From positions 1,052,692-1,116,691 of the forward strand of contig OZ243919.1 of assembly GCA_965213885.1 (NCBI GenBank): DNA of 64,000 bases, read 5' to 3'. The position numbers were made by a program, and so were the translations under genes. Below, in pieces: positions 18,988-28,278 of the stretch. The notes beneath the pieces were generated by a model. That model had not been told where the DNA came from. It worked only from the letters and a program-made list of their open reading frames with translations, and did not search any database. Within the stretch, counting starts at the first letter, position 1. Every line of letters starts with the position of its first letter. Origin of the DNA: Candidatus Poriferihabitaceae bacterium (GTDB lineage: Bacteria; Pseudomonadota; Gammaproteobacteria; Arenicellales; Poriferihabitantaceae).

Positions 18988-19497
18988 ATGATGCGCTGCC
19001 CCTATTGCACCGCTACCGATACCAGGGTTGTCGACTCCCGGCTCGGTGACAGCGGCGATGCCGTGCGCAGACGCCGGGAGTGTCAACAGTGCGGAGAGCG
19101 GTTCTCCACCATGGAGCAGCCGGTGCTGCAAATGCCCCAGGTCATCAAGTCCGACGGACGTCGGGAACGCTTCGATGAGGGGAAACTCAGAAGGGGTGTC
19201 GACCGCGCGCTGGAAAAGCGGCCCGTGGACAGTGAGATCGTGGCCGCGTCCCTGTATCGGCTGAAGCGGAAAATCGCCCACGGCGGTGACCGTGAAGTCT
19301 TGGCCAAGCAGATCGGCCGGGAGGTCATGGAGGAACTGCGGGAACTCGATGAGGTCGCGTATGTCAGGTTCGCATCGGTCTATCGCAATTTCCAGGACCT
19401 TGATGCCTTCAGCGACGAGGTGGAGCGGTTGCGGGAAACCCTGAGCGACAACAGCAATAAGGTGCAGTTGTCCCTGTTTGTCAACTCCCGGGACTGA
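18988..19497 (+). CDS. nrdR: Transcriptional repressor NrdR
   Basis: It has the N-terminal zinc ribbon (CPYC...CQQCGERF) and an ATP-cone domain. It lies in the classic position upstream of ribD. Confidence 0.9.
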   Translation: MMRCPYCTATDTRVVDSRLGDSGDAVRRRRECQQCGERFSTMEQPVLQMPQVIKSDGRRERFDEGKLRRGVDRALEKRPVDSEIVAASLYRLKRKIAHGGDREVLAKQIGREVMEELRELDEVAYVRFASVYRNFQDLDAFSDEVERLRETLSDNSNKVQLSLFVNSRD

Positions 19498-19515
19498 CTC
19501 GGGCGGACACTGTCC

Positions 19516-20703
19516 ATGGCCATTTTTCCAGGTATCCGGGAATTCAGGGAGTCCATCGGCGCCCAGCCCGAAAGCCGGCCGGAGATTCCCGACACCTACA
19601 ATCATCCCCCGGGGGATGATCACCGGTTCATGGCACGGGCGCTTGAGCTGGCTGCGAAGGGGACTTGCACTACCCATCCCAACCCGCGGGTAGGCTGTGT
19701 GATCACCCGGAACGGCGTCGTAGTGGGGGAGGGCTGGCACCGGTTTGCCGGAGAACCCCATGCGGAGGTCAATGCGCTGCGTCAGGCGGGAAGGCATGCC
19801 CAGGGCGGAACGCTGTATGCCAACCTGGAGCCCTGCTGCTTTCATGGCCGGACCCCGCCATGCACGGATGCCATCATCAAGGCGGGAATCAGCCGGGTTG
19901 TCTGTGCCATGGAGGACCCGAATCCGCGGGTGAACCGCGCCGGCATAGCAGTCCTCCGGAAGACCGGCATCAACGTGGATGTGGGCACCAACCGGCAGCA
20001 TGCGCTCCGACTGAATCGCGGTTTTATCCGCAGGGTCACCCAAGGAGTGCCCTGGGTCACGCTGAAGATCGCCGCGAGTCTTGACGGCAAGACAGCCATG
20101 GCCGACGGGGAAAGCCAGTGGATCACTTCGGAATCCGCGCGCCGGGATGCGCACCGGCTGCGGGCGGCCAGCGCGGCCGTCGTCACGGGCATCGGCACCG
20201 TTCTGAGGGACAACCCCAGGATGACCGCCCGCCTGCCCGGCGTCCGGCGTCAGCCCCTGCGGGTCGTTCTTGACAGCCGCCTGAGCACACCGGTGGATGC
20301 CGCCATCCTGGCGGAGCCGGGCAATGTACTGATCATGACGGATCCGGAGATCGTGGCTGACGCGGATCTTTATCCCCAGAAGAACGTGGAAGTGGTTGGC
20401 TGCGCCATGCAGGGAGGCGGCATCGATCCGCAGGCGGTGCTTTCGGAACTGGGGCGACGTGAAGTCAACGAGGTGATGCTGGAAGCGGGCTCGAGACTGA
20501 GCGGCGCCATGCTGGCCAGGGGGCTGGTGGATGAACTGGTCGTTTACATGGCGCCGGATCTGCTTGGCGGTGACGCCCATGAAATGTTCCTGATACCCGG
20601 AATCGAAACTCTGGCGGACAAAAGGCGTCTGTCGTTTCGGGATATACGCACGGTCGGCCGGGATCTGCGCCTGACCCTGGACATCGGATCCCGGGAAGAC
20701 TGA
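19516..20703 (+). CDS. ribD: Bifunctional riboflavin biosynthesis protein RibD (deaminase/reductase)
   Basis: It has the CMP/dCMP deaminase zinc motif (HAEVNAL...PCCFHGRTPPC) followed by the RibD C-terminal reductase domain. The exact start is uncertain, and the first ~35 codons may not be translated. Confidence 0.9.
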   Translation: MAIFPGIREFRESIGAQPESRPEIPDTYNHPPGDDHRFMARALELAAKGTCTTHPNPRVGCVITRNGVVVGEGWHRFAGEPHAEVNALRQAGRHAQGGTLYANLEPCCFHGRTPPCTDAIIKAGISRVVCAMEDPNPRVNRAGIAVLRKTGINVDVGTNRQHALRLNRGFIRRVTQGVPWVTLKIAASLDGKTAMADGESQWITSESARRDAHRLRAASAAVVTGIGTVLRDNPRMTARLPGVRRQPLRVVLDSRLSTPVDAAILAEPGNVLIMTDPEIVADADLYPQKNVEVVGCAMQGGGIDPQAVLSELGRREVNEVMLEAGSRLSGAMLARGLVDELVVYMAPDLLGGDAHEMFLIPGIETLADKRRLSFRDIRTVGRDLRLTLDIGSRED

Positions 20704-20707
20704 CGAC

Positions 20708-21331
20708 ATGTTTACCGGTATCATCGAAGCGACGGGGCGAATCTCCGCCATCAATCCGGTACCGGACGGTCTGACACTGTATGTGGATCTCGGGAATCTA
20801 GAGGCGGAGGTCATCCGTGCCGGTGACAGCATCGCGGTGAATGGCGTATGCCTTACCGTGACACGCATTGATGGCGGCATTAGCCGCTTCGATGTTTCCA
20901 GGGAAACCATGGACAGGTGCCTGGTGGGCGACTGGAAAGTCGGCGACGGGATGAACCTTGAATCCGCGCTCACCCTCTCAAAACCTCTCGGCGGTCACCT
21001 GGTTTCGGGGCATGTGGATGGAACCGGCGTACTGGATGCTGTTGTTCCCGGTGGGGAATCCACCTGGATGCGAATCCGGGTATCCCGTAATCTGGGACGT
21101 TTCGTGGCGATCAAGGGGTCCGTGGCGGTGAACGGGGTCAGCCTGACCTCCAACCGGGTGACGGATGACGGTGAAGAGACGATGTTCGAACTGACCCTGG
21201 TCCCCCATACCCTGTCGATGACGACCCTGGGAGGCCTTGCTGCAGGGGACGGGGTGCATATCGAGGTGGACCTTTTGGCAAGATACCTGCAGCGCCTGCT
21301 GCAGACCGAACAATCGGTCGAGGAAAACTGA
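20708..21331 (+). CDS. ribE: Riboflavin synthase alpha chain
   Basis: It begins MFTGIIE... and has two lumazine-binding repeats, the second starting GGHLVSGHVDG. Confidence 0.9.
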   Translation: MFTGIIEATGRISAINPVPDGLTLYVDLGNLEAEVIRAGDSIAVNGVCLTVTRIDGGISRFDVSRETMDRCLVGDWKVGDGMNLESALTLSKPLGGHLVSGHVDGTGVLDAVVPGGESTWMRIRVSRNLGRFVAIKGSVAVNGVSLTSNRVTDDGEETMFELTLVPHTLSMTTLGGLAAGDGVHIEVDLLARYLQRLLQTEQSVEEN

Positions 21332-21334
21332 ACA

Positions 21335-22504
21335 ATGGAATCGCTCAAGGTCAACCACATCGAAGAGGTGCTCGCCGACTACCGCCAGGGAAAGATGGTG
21401 ATCCTGGTGGATGAGGCGGACAGGGAGAACGAAGGTGACCTCCTGATGGCGGCGGAGTGCGTCACGGCCGACCACATCAACTTCATGGCCTCCCACGCCA
21501 GGGGCCTGATTTGCCTGACGCTCACCGAGGAACGCTGCCGGCAGCTGGACCTGGAATTGATGGTCAGCCGCAACAATGCCCGGTTTTCGACCAACTTCAC
21601 GGTGTCTATTGAGGCGGCGGAAGGGGTTACCACCGGAATTTCTGTCCAGGACAGGGCGATTACGGTGCGTGCGGCGGTCAAACGGAACGCACGTCCGGAG
21701 GACCTGGTCACGCCTGGACATATCTTTCCCATCAAGGCGCAGCCCGGCGGGGTGCTCACACGCGCGGGCCACACCGAAGCAGGGGTGGACCTGGCGCGCC
21801 TGTGCGGCTTCGAACCCGCCAGCGTGATCTGTGAAATCCTGCGGGATGACGGCACCATGGCACGGCTGCCGGACCTGGTCGCCTTCGCCCGCCAGCACGG
21901 TCTCAGGATCGGAACCATCGCCGATCTCATCAAATTCCGCCTCCGGAGCGATCCCACACTGGTGCGCGTCGAATCCCATTCACTGGATCTGGAGCAGGGC
22001 AGGTTCGAGGCCATGATCTACCATGATGTTGCCGAGGGAGGCACCCATCTTGCCCTGACCCATGGTGACATCGACCCGACAAAGCCGGTCCCGGCAAGGA
22101 TCCAGGTCCATCGGGGGTTGCTGGACACGATCCTGGAGGCCGGTGCGCCGGAAAGTTGGAGCATTCGGTCCGCGCTGGAGGCCATCGTGGAACATGGTGC
22201 CGGAGTCCTGATCCTGCTGGCGTACAACGAAAGCGCGGGTGAACTGTCGTCGCGCATTCATGTGCGGATGAATCGGGAGCGACGGAGCACACCCCGGGAT
22301 GGTGCCGATGATCACCGGCACCATCCGGGAGATCTGCGAATGGTGGGCGCCGGCAGCCAGATTCTCGCGGATCTTGGCCTTCACAAGGTGCTGTCCCTCG
22401 GCAGGGAATGGCGTACATTCGGCTTGTCCGGCTTCGGCCTTGAGGTTGTAGAATACCTTCCCGACCGTCGGGCTCTCGAAACCTGGAAACATACTCATGC
22501 GTGA
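21335..22504 (+). CDS. ribB: DHBP synthase fused to a degenerate GTP cyclohydrolase II-like domain (RibBX-type)
   Basis: The N-terminal half has RibB motifs (DRENEGDLLMAAE, HTEAGVDLARL). The C-terminal half is GCH-II-like in length but contains no Cys, so the CX10CXC zinc ligands are absent. Confidence 0.85.
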   Translation: MESLKVNHIEEVLADYRQGKMVILVDEADRENEGDLLMAAECVTADHINFMASHARGLICLTLTEERCRQLDLELMVSRNNARFSTNFTVSIEAAEGVTTGISVQDRAITVRAAVKRNARPEDLVTPGHIFPIKAQPGGVLTRAGHTEAGVDLARLCGFEPASVICEILRDDGTMARLPDLVAFARQHGLRIGTIADLIKFRLRSDPTLVRVESHSLDLEQGRFEAMIYHDVAEGGTHLALTHGDIDPTKPVPARIQVHRGLLDTILEAGAPESWSIRSALEAIVEHGAGVLILLAYNESAGELSSRIHVRMNRERRSTPRDGADDHRHHPGDLRMVGAGSQILADLGLHKVLSLGREWRTFGLSGFGLEVVEYLPDRRALETWKHTHA

Positions 22505-22964
22505 ATTCAGCGGAGATTTCGTTCAGTGCACGGGCCGTTATGCCATCGTGGCCGGCCGGTTCAACGCGTTCATCACCGAACGGCTTGTGACGGGTGCGCG
22601 GGACGCCTTTGTACGGCATGGCATCGGGGAGGATGATGTCGATCTCGTCTGGGTGCCCGGCGCATTCGAAATACCATTTGCCGTGCGGAAAGTCGTGGAC
22701 ACCGGCAGGTACCGGGCCGTGGTGGCCCTGGGCGCCGTGATCCGGGGCGCAACGCCGCATTTCGATTATGTCGCCGGAGCCTGTGCCGATGGACTTGCCC
22801 GTATCAATTCCGAAGGCGGAATCCCGGTGGTGCTCGGTGTCCTCACCACGGACACCATCGAGCAGGCAGTGGAAAGGGCGGGCACCAAGTCCGGCAACAA
22901 GGGTGCCGAGGCTGCGTTGACCGCCATGGAAATGGCAAGTCTGGCATCCAGCCTAGGGGATTGA
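22497..22964 (+). CDS. ribH: 6,7-dimethyl-8-ribityllumazine synthase
   Basis: The sequence ...YAIVAGRFNAFITERLVTGA...VPGAFEIP... is typical of RibH. The ATG overlaps the ribB stop. Confidence 0.9.
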   Translation: MREFSGDFVQCTGRYAIVAGRFNAFITERLVTGARDAFVRHGIGEDDVDLVWVPGAFEIPFAVRKVVDTGRYRAVVALGAVIRGATPHFDYVAGACADGLARINSEGGIPVVLGVLTTDTIEQAVERAGTKSGNKGAEAALTAMEMASLASSLGD

Positions 22965-22976
22965 GGCCGGACCGTC

Positions 22977-23387
22977 TTGGCAAGGAGCGGTCGACACCTG
23001 GCGCGGCGATGCGTGGTCCAGGCCCTGTATCAATGGCAGATCACGGGGCAGGCACCGGACCAGATCATGAAGACCTTTATCGACAATGACAACCTGACCG
23101 GAAAGCACAGGGACTTCTTCCAGGTGCTGATGGATGCAATACCGATGCACATTGACCAGATCGATACCCTGATCGAACCCCACCTCGACCGTGGGGAGGA
23201 CCGGGTGGATCCGGTTGAACAGGCCATCCTGCGCCTTGGCACCTATGAATTGCGTTTCGATCGGTCGGTACCAACCAGCGTGGTGATCGACGAGGCGATC
23301 GATCTTGCAAAGACTTTCGGTTCCGAACATGGTTACCGCTATGTCAACGGGGTGCTGGACAAGGTGGCAAGGGCCGTCCGTGAATAG
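22977..23387 (+). CDS. nusB: Transcription antitermination factor NusB
   Basis: 136 aa with a TTG start. It contains ARRCVVQALYQWQ... and lies in ribH-nusB synteny. Confidence 0.9.
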   Translation: MARSGRHLARRCVVQALYQWQITGQAPDQIMKTFIDNDNLTGKHRDFFQVLMDAIPMHIDQIDTLIEPHLDRGEDRVDPVEQAILRLGTYELRFDRSVPTSVVIDEAIDLAKTFGSEHGYRYVNGVLDKVARAVRE

Positions 23388-23886
23388 GCCCGCGACCCGG
23401 GTGGATCTCTTTTCCGGCGCCATCCCGTTCCTGGGTCTCGGATTCGGAACCGGGCTGATTCCCCGGGCCCCGGGCACGTTCGGGACCCTGGCGGCCGTGC
23501 CGCTGGCCGCCGCCGCGGCGTTGGCTGGACAATGGGTATATCTGCTGATCACGTTGCTGGCGGTTGTCGGGGGCGTGGTGATCTGCGGAGAAACCGCCCG
23601 CCTGCTGGGTGCCCATGATCATGCCGCCATCGTCTGGGATGAGATTGCGGGATTCCTGGTGACCATGCTGTTCGTGCCCATGACCGCTGTCAATGTCATC
23701 GTGGGGTTTGTCCTGTTCAGGCTGTTTGATATCCTGAAACCATGGCCGATTCGACGTATAGACCGACAGGTCAGGGGTGGCCTTGGTATCATCCTGGATG
23801 ACCTGGTGGCCGGGCTGTTTGCCGCGCTTGTCCTTTACTTGCTTGTACAGGCCGGGCTGTTCCGGCCGTACGCCGAAACTTCCTGA
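23380..23886 (+). CDS. pgpA: Phosphatidylglycerophosphatase A
   Basis: The GTG at 23380 overlaps the nusB stop, and the track start at 23305 lies inside nusB. PgpA motifs seen are GLGFGTGLIPRAPGTFGTLAA and VWDEIAG. Confidence 0.8.
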   Translation: MNRPATRVDLFSGAIPFLGLGFGTGLIPRAPGTFGTLAAVPLAAAAALAGQWVYLLITLLAVVGGVVICGETARLLGAHDHAAIVWDEIAGFLVTMLFVPMTAVNVIVGFVLFRLFDILKPWPIRRIDRQVRGGLGIILDDLVAGLFAALVLYLLVQAGLFRPYAETS

Positions 23887-23910
23887 AACCCAATTCCGCG
23901 AAAGAACATT

Positions 23911-24903
23911 ATGACCACATTCAGCGCTTATCGAATCAATCAGACGGAGGAAAAAAAGATTACCGCCGGATACCAGAAAATGACACTGGAGGAATTGACT
24001 CCCGGGGAGGTGGTCATCCGGGTCCGGTGGTCGGACATCAACTTCAAGGATGTCCTGGCGGCCACGGGAAAGGGAAAAATCCTGCGGCGTTATCCCCTGA
24101 ACGGCGGGATTGATCTTGCCGGCGTGGTGGAAAGTTCGGAGGATGAACGCTTCAAGCCTGGTGACGAGGTGCTGGTAGCCGGTTGCGGACTGTCGGAAAC
24201 CGCTGATGGGGGGTATGCTGAAATGGCCAGGGTCTGCGCCGACTGCGTGGTCCCATTGCCGGTGGGTCTTTCCATGAAGGAGGCCATGGCGCTTGGCACT
24301 GCGGGTTTCACCGCCGCCATGGCAGTCATGCGGATGGAGCAGAATGGCCAGACACCGGAACATGGCAAGGTGGTGGTGACCGGCGCCACCGGCGGCGTGG
24401 GCAGCATAGCCATCGATATCCTGGCTTCCCTGGGGTACGAGGTGGTGGCGTTCACCGGCAAAAAGGAACAATATGACTATCTCCGCGTCCTGGGCGCCGG
24501 TGAATTCATCGACCGGCACGACGTGGAAATGGGCACCCGACCCCTGGAAAGCGCCACCTGGGGCGGGGCCGTCGACAATGCCGGCGGGGAAACCCTGGCC
24601 TGGCTGACACGCACGGTGAAACCCTGGGGCAATATCGCCAGTATCGGCCTGGTGGATGATATCAGGCTGAATACCACGGTGATGCCATTCATCATTCGGG
24701 GCGTCTCCCTGCTCGGTATCAACTCCATTGAAATGCCCAACCATGTGCGCAACAACCTGTGGGAGCGCCTGGGACAGGATCTGAAGCCTGCGCATCTCGA
24801 CAGGATCGTGACCAGGGAGGTTGGTTTTGACGATCTGCCGCAAACCTTTGACAGTTTCCTGGACGGGAGCAATACCGGGCGGACGCTGGTCAGGATCGGA
24901 TAA
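23911..24903 (+). CDS. acuI: YhdH/AcuI-family NADPH-dependent acrylyl-CoA reductase (MDR superfamily)
   Basis: The 330-aa product matches the YhdH pattern (VRWSDINFKDVLA..., GIDLAGVVESS, cofactor loop VTGATGGVGS). Confidence 0.7.
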   Translation: MTTFSAYRINQTEEKKITAGYQKMTLEELTPGEVVIRVRWSDINFKDVLAATGKGKILRRYPLNGGIDLAGVVESSEDERFKPGDEVLVAGCGLSETADGGYAEMARVCADCVVPLPVGLSMKEAMALGTAGFTAAMAVMRMEQNGQTPEHGKVVVTGATGGVGSIAIDILASLGYEVVAFTGKKEQYDYLRVLGAGEFIDRHDVEMGTRPLESATWGGAVDNAGGETLAWLTRTVKPWGNIASIGLVDDIRLNTTVMPFIIRGVSLLGINSIEMPNHVRNNLWERLGQDLKPAHLDRIVTREVGFDDLPQTFDSFLDGSNTGRTLVRIG

Positions 24904-25124
24904 ACAGGCAATTCGATATTCCTGCCGCCAGCATCGTAAGCCGGCAACTCCGGCAGGGATCAGGTCTGCCCATGATACGGGGCATGGGAGTCGAACATGC
25001 CGTTACGCCGGTCACCCGGCCGGAAAACAGCCGCTCCGGAATTGCCGTGGACCGGCGCCGTCCCGGATGCGTGATGACGCTTTCCGCGAATTTCCCCTGC
25101 CGGATTCGAGCATCCTGACCGCCC

Positions 25125-26456
25125 ATGTCCCCTGAGGTGCTTTCGTGGCTCGTCGCCGCCCTGCTGATCTGCAACGCCGGGCTGCTTGTCTGGATCTGGC
25201 GTCTGGTAAGGAACGGGAACGGGCGGCTGGATCGGGAGTTGCTGGAGCCGATGGTGCGGGAGGAATTTCGGGTCGGCCGGGAAGATGCGGACCGGGTGGC
25301 CCGGGAGCTGCGGGCGGAGATCACCCGGACACAGCATGCGAGCACCAAGCAGCTTGGTGTCATGTTGCACCAGATCAGCAAGGCCCAGGGAGAACGGCTC
25401 GGAGATATCGTCCGCGAACTCGAAAGCCTGACGCGGACCAACGAGTCACGCCTCGACAAGTTGCGCGAGTCGGTGGAGCATCGGCTCGATCGTCTACAGA
25501 AGAACAATGAGCTGAAGCTTGATCAGATGCGCAAGACGGTCGATGAACAACTCCAGGGCACACTCGAGAGGCGGCTCGGGGAGTCGTTCAAACTGGTGAG
25601 CGAACGGCTCGAACAGGTGCACAAGGGCCTCGGGGAGATGCAGCAGCTCGCGACCGGGGTCGGGGACTTGAAGCGGGTGCTCACCAACGTCAAGACGAGA
25701 GGTACCTGGGGAGAGGTTCAGCTGGGTGCACTGCTCGAGCAGGTATTGACGCGGCACCAATACCAGTCGAACGTGCAACCGAAGCCCGGCTCGAACGAGA
25801 TCGTTGAGTTCGCGATCAAGCTGCCTGGTCCGGATGACGACCCGAAGGGAGTCGTGTGGCTGCCGATCGATGCGAAGTTCCCGCAGGAGCACTACCACCG
25901 GCTGCTCGATGCCTCGGATTCCAGGGACCCCAGGGCGGTGCAGCGTGCGTCCACCGACCTCGCACGGGCGGTTGAGTCGGCCGCGGCCGACATCCGGGAC
26001 AAATACCTCGCGCCGCCGCATACCACGGATTTCGGGATCCTCTTCCTTCCAACCGAGGGGCTGTATGCCGAGGTGGTGAGAGACCCCGGACTTCTGGACA
26101 GACTCCAGCAGCGGCATCGCGTGGTGGTTGCCGGGCCAACCACACTGTCGGCGATCCTGAACAGTCTCCAGATGGGATTTCGCACGCTGGCCATCGAAAA
26201 ACGTTCGAGCGAGGTATGGACCGTGCTCTCGGCGGTAAAAACCGAGTTCGGCAAGTTCGGGGACGTGCTCGACAGGGTGAAGAAACAGCTTGATACCGCA
26301 ACGAGGTCAATCGATCAAACCGGGACACGCTCACGCGCCATCGAACGCAGACTTCGTTCGGTCGAGGAACTGCCGTCCGATGGGGACGCGGCCGGGCTGC
26401 TCGGGCTTTCAGCCGGGGAATCGTCCGGTGAATCCGAAGATACTGCGGGGTCCTGA
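25125..26456 (+). CDS. rmuC: DNA recombination protein RmuC
   Basis: It has an N-terminal TM helix, a long coiled-coil region and a C-terminal RmuC nuclease-like domain (WLPIDAKFP..., ILFLPTEGLYAE). Confidence 0.85.
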   Translation: MSPEVLSWLVAALLICNAGLLVWIWRLVRNGNGRLDRELLEPMVREEFRVGREDADRVARELRAEITRTQHASTKQLGVMLHQISKAQGERLGDIVRELESLTRTNESRLDKLRESVEHRLDRLQKNNELKLDQMRKTVDEQLQGTLERRLGESFKLVSERLEQVHKGLGEMQQLATGVGDLKRVLTNVKTRGTWGEVQLGALLEQVLTRHQYQSNVQPKPGSNEIVEFAIKLPGPDDDPKGVVWLPIDAKFPQEHYHRLLDASDSRDPRAVQRASTDLARAVESAAADIRDKYLAPPHTTDFGILFLPTEGLYAEVVRDPGLLDRLQQRHRVVVAGPTTLSAILNSLQMGFRTLAIEKRSSEVWTVLSAVKTEFGKFGDVLDRVKKQLDTATRSIDQTGTRSRAIERRLRSVEELPSDGDAAGLLGLSAGESSGESEDTAGS

Positions 26457-26836
26457 AAGTGAGCCCGTGATCTGGCCGGTGCAATGCAACCGCTTTTCCC
26501 TTCGCTGGCTGAACATAGTGGTCCCGGCTGGCATTGTCGATGAAGGCGGAACGGACTGCGGGCAGGACAGTTCGCGGTCGGGGTCATGGGACATGTGGAC
26601 CTTGACGATCCGGTCCTCGTGCCGGATTTTCACGTCCGTGAACGTCCGGGGCGACTCGATTCCAAACAGGCGGTTGCATCGTTGATCACAAGGCGTTCCG
26701 GTGTTGGGGCTTCCGTCCAGGAACCCGGGCGGGGTTGGGAATCTTCTCTTCAGCCATCATGTCTCAACGACGAAGGGCGTCCCGGGGACCGGAATCCTCC
26801 TTCAGATCCATGCGGTGCATTGGCATCACGGACAAC

Positions 26837-28276
26837 TCAATTCCTCCGCCAGCGGTGAAATTTCTCCAGCAGCGCAAGGGCCCATGACGGTGCGTGCGCC
26901 CTTTTCCAGTTGCCGGCGGCGTACTTGTTGGCCTCCATCCAGGTGGGGTAGGCATGAATGGTGCCGAGAATCTTGTTGAGGCCGATGTTCTGCTTCATGG
27001 CAAGCACAAACTCGGCGATCAGGTCACCGGCGTGGCTGCCGAGTATGGTGACACCGAGAATCCTGTCCTTCCCGGGCACCGTCAGCACCTTGACCACACC
27101 CTCTGCGTGGCCGTCGGCCAGGGCCCGGTCCAGGTGGGACAGTTCGTACCGTGTCACCTCATAGGGAATGTTCTTCTCCCGCGCGTCCTGTTCGTTGAGT
27201 CCAACACGGGCCACTTCGGGATCGGTATAGGTGGCCCAGGGGATGACGCGGTAGTCCACGCGGAACTTGCGTAACGGCCGGAACAGGGCGTTGACGGTGG
27301 CATACCAGGCCTGGTGGGATGCGACATGGGTGAACTGGTAGGGCCCCACGACATCGCCGCAGGCAAAGATGGAGGGATAGCCCGCCTGCAGGTAGTCATT
27401 GGTCTCGATGGTCTTTTTTTCCGTCAGCGGAATGTTCACGGCATCGAACCCGGAACCGACGGACCGGGGCGCCCGTCCCACCGCCACCAGGATGCGGTCG
27501 AAGGGCACCTCCACGGTTTCCCCGTTCCCTTCGCAGTGGATGACCTGCCGTCCGCCCTCCGAGGTCACTCTCACGGCCCTGTGGCCGGTCAGCAGCCGAA
27601 TGCCCTCCTCGGCGAAACGCTCCGCCATGAAGGCTGCGATCTCGCTGTCTTCCCGGATCATGATCTGGGGGAGCATTTCGACGACGGTGACCTCGCTGCC
27701 GAAACGGGCAAAACACTGGGCCAGCTCGCAGCCGATGGGACCGCCGCCCAGGACCACCAGCTTTTCGGGAAGATGCGCCAGTTCCCAGATATTGTCGGAG
27801 GTCAGAACCTCGACCTGATCGAGACCGGGTATCGGCGGCACGAACGGCTGTGCGCCGGTGGCGAGGATGATATTCCGTGTCTTGATCACGCGGCCGCCCA
27901 CGTCCACTTCCGTAGGCGAGCGTACCGTGGCGTCACCCTGGATCACCTCAACGCCGAGGCTGGTATAGCGTTCCACGGAATCGTGAGGTTCGATCGCTGC
28001 GATCACCGAGTGCACCCTGGCCATGACCTCGGCAAAATCGTATACCGCTTCGGCCTTGCGGATACCCCAGTGCTTCGCGTTGCGTATCTGGTGAAGCAGC
28101 TTGGCTGTGGCGATGAGCGACTTGGAGGGCACGCAGCCGGTGTTCAGGCAGTCACCGCCCATTTTTCCCCGTTCGACGAGAACCACCCGGGCCTTGACTG
28201 CTGCCGCGATATAGGCGCTGACCAGTCCGGCGCTGCCGGCGCCGATGACCACCAGGTTGGCATCGTACCTGCCCAT
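26837..28276 (-). CDS. Class-I pyridine nucleotide-disulfide oxidoreductase (Lpd/MerA-like)
   Basis: The ATG at 28276 starts MGRYDANLVVIGAGSAG. It has the redox-active disulfide GGDCLNTGCVPSK and a dimerisation domain with HAYPTWMEA. The 741-aa track ORF is an upstream over-extension through the dedA-like gene in another frame. Confidence 0.8.
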   Translation of the reverse strand: MGRYDANLVVIGAGSAGLVSAYIAAAVKARVVLVERGKMGGDCLNTGCVPSKSLIATAKLLHQIRNAKHWGIRKAEAVYDFAEVMARVHSVIAAIEPHDSVERYTSLGVEVIQGDATVRSPTEVDVGGRVIKTRNIILATGAQPFVPPIPGLDQVEVLTSDNIWELAHLPEKLVVLGGGPIGCELAQCFARFGSEVTVVEMLPQIMIREDSEIAAFMAERFAEEGIRLLTGHRAVRVTSEGGRQVIHCEGNGETVEVPFDRILVAVGRAPRSVGSGFDAVNIPLTEKKTIETNDYLQAGYPSIFACGDVVGPYQFTHVASHQAWYATVNALFRPLRKFRVDYRVIPWATYTDPEVARVGLNEQDAREKNIPYEVTRYELSHLDRALADGHAEGVVKVLTVPGKDRILGVTILGSHAGDLIAEFVLAMKQNIGLNKILGTIHAYPTWMEANKYAAGNWKRAHAPSWALALLEKFHRWRRN

Positions 28277-28278
28277 GT

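Noticed and set aside
26409-26668. Minus-strand peptide ...LFGIESPRTFTDVKIRHEDRIVKVHMSHDPDRELSCPQ... resembling the N-terminal zinc-ribbon region of ISL3-family transposases
   Set aside because: The resemblance is only at pattern level over about 40 residues, the second Cys pair is missing, and there are no terminal repeats. It is too weak to call a mobile-element remnant without a database search.
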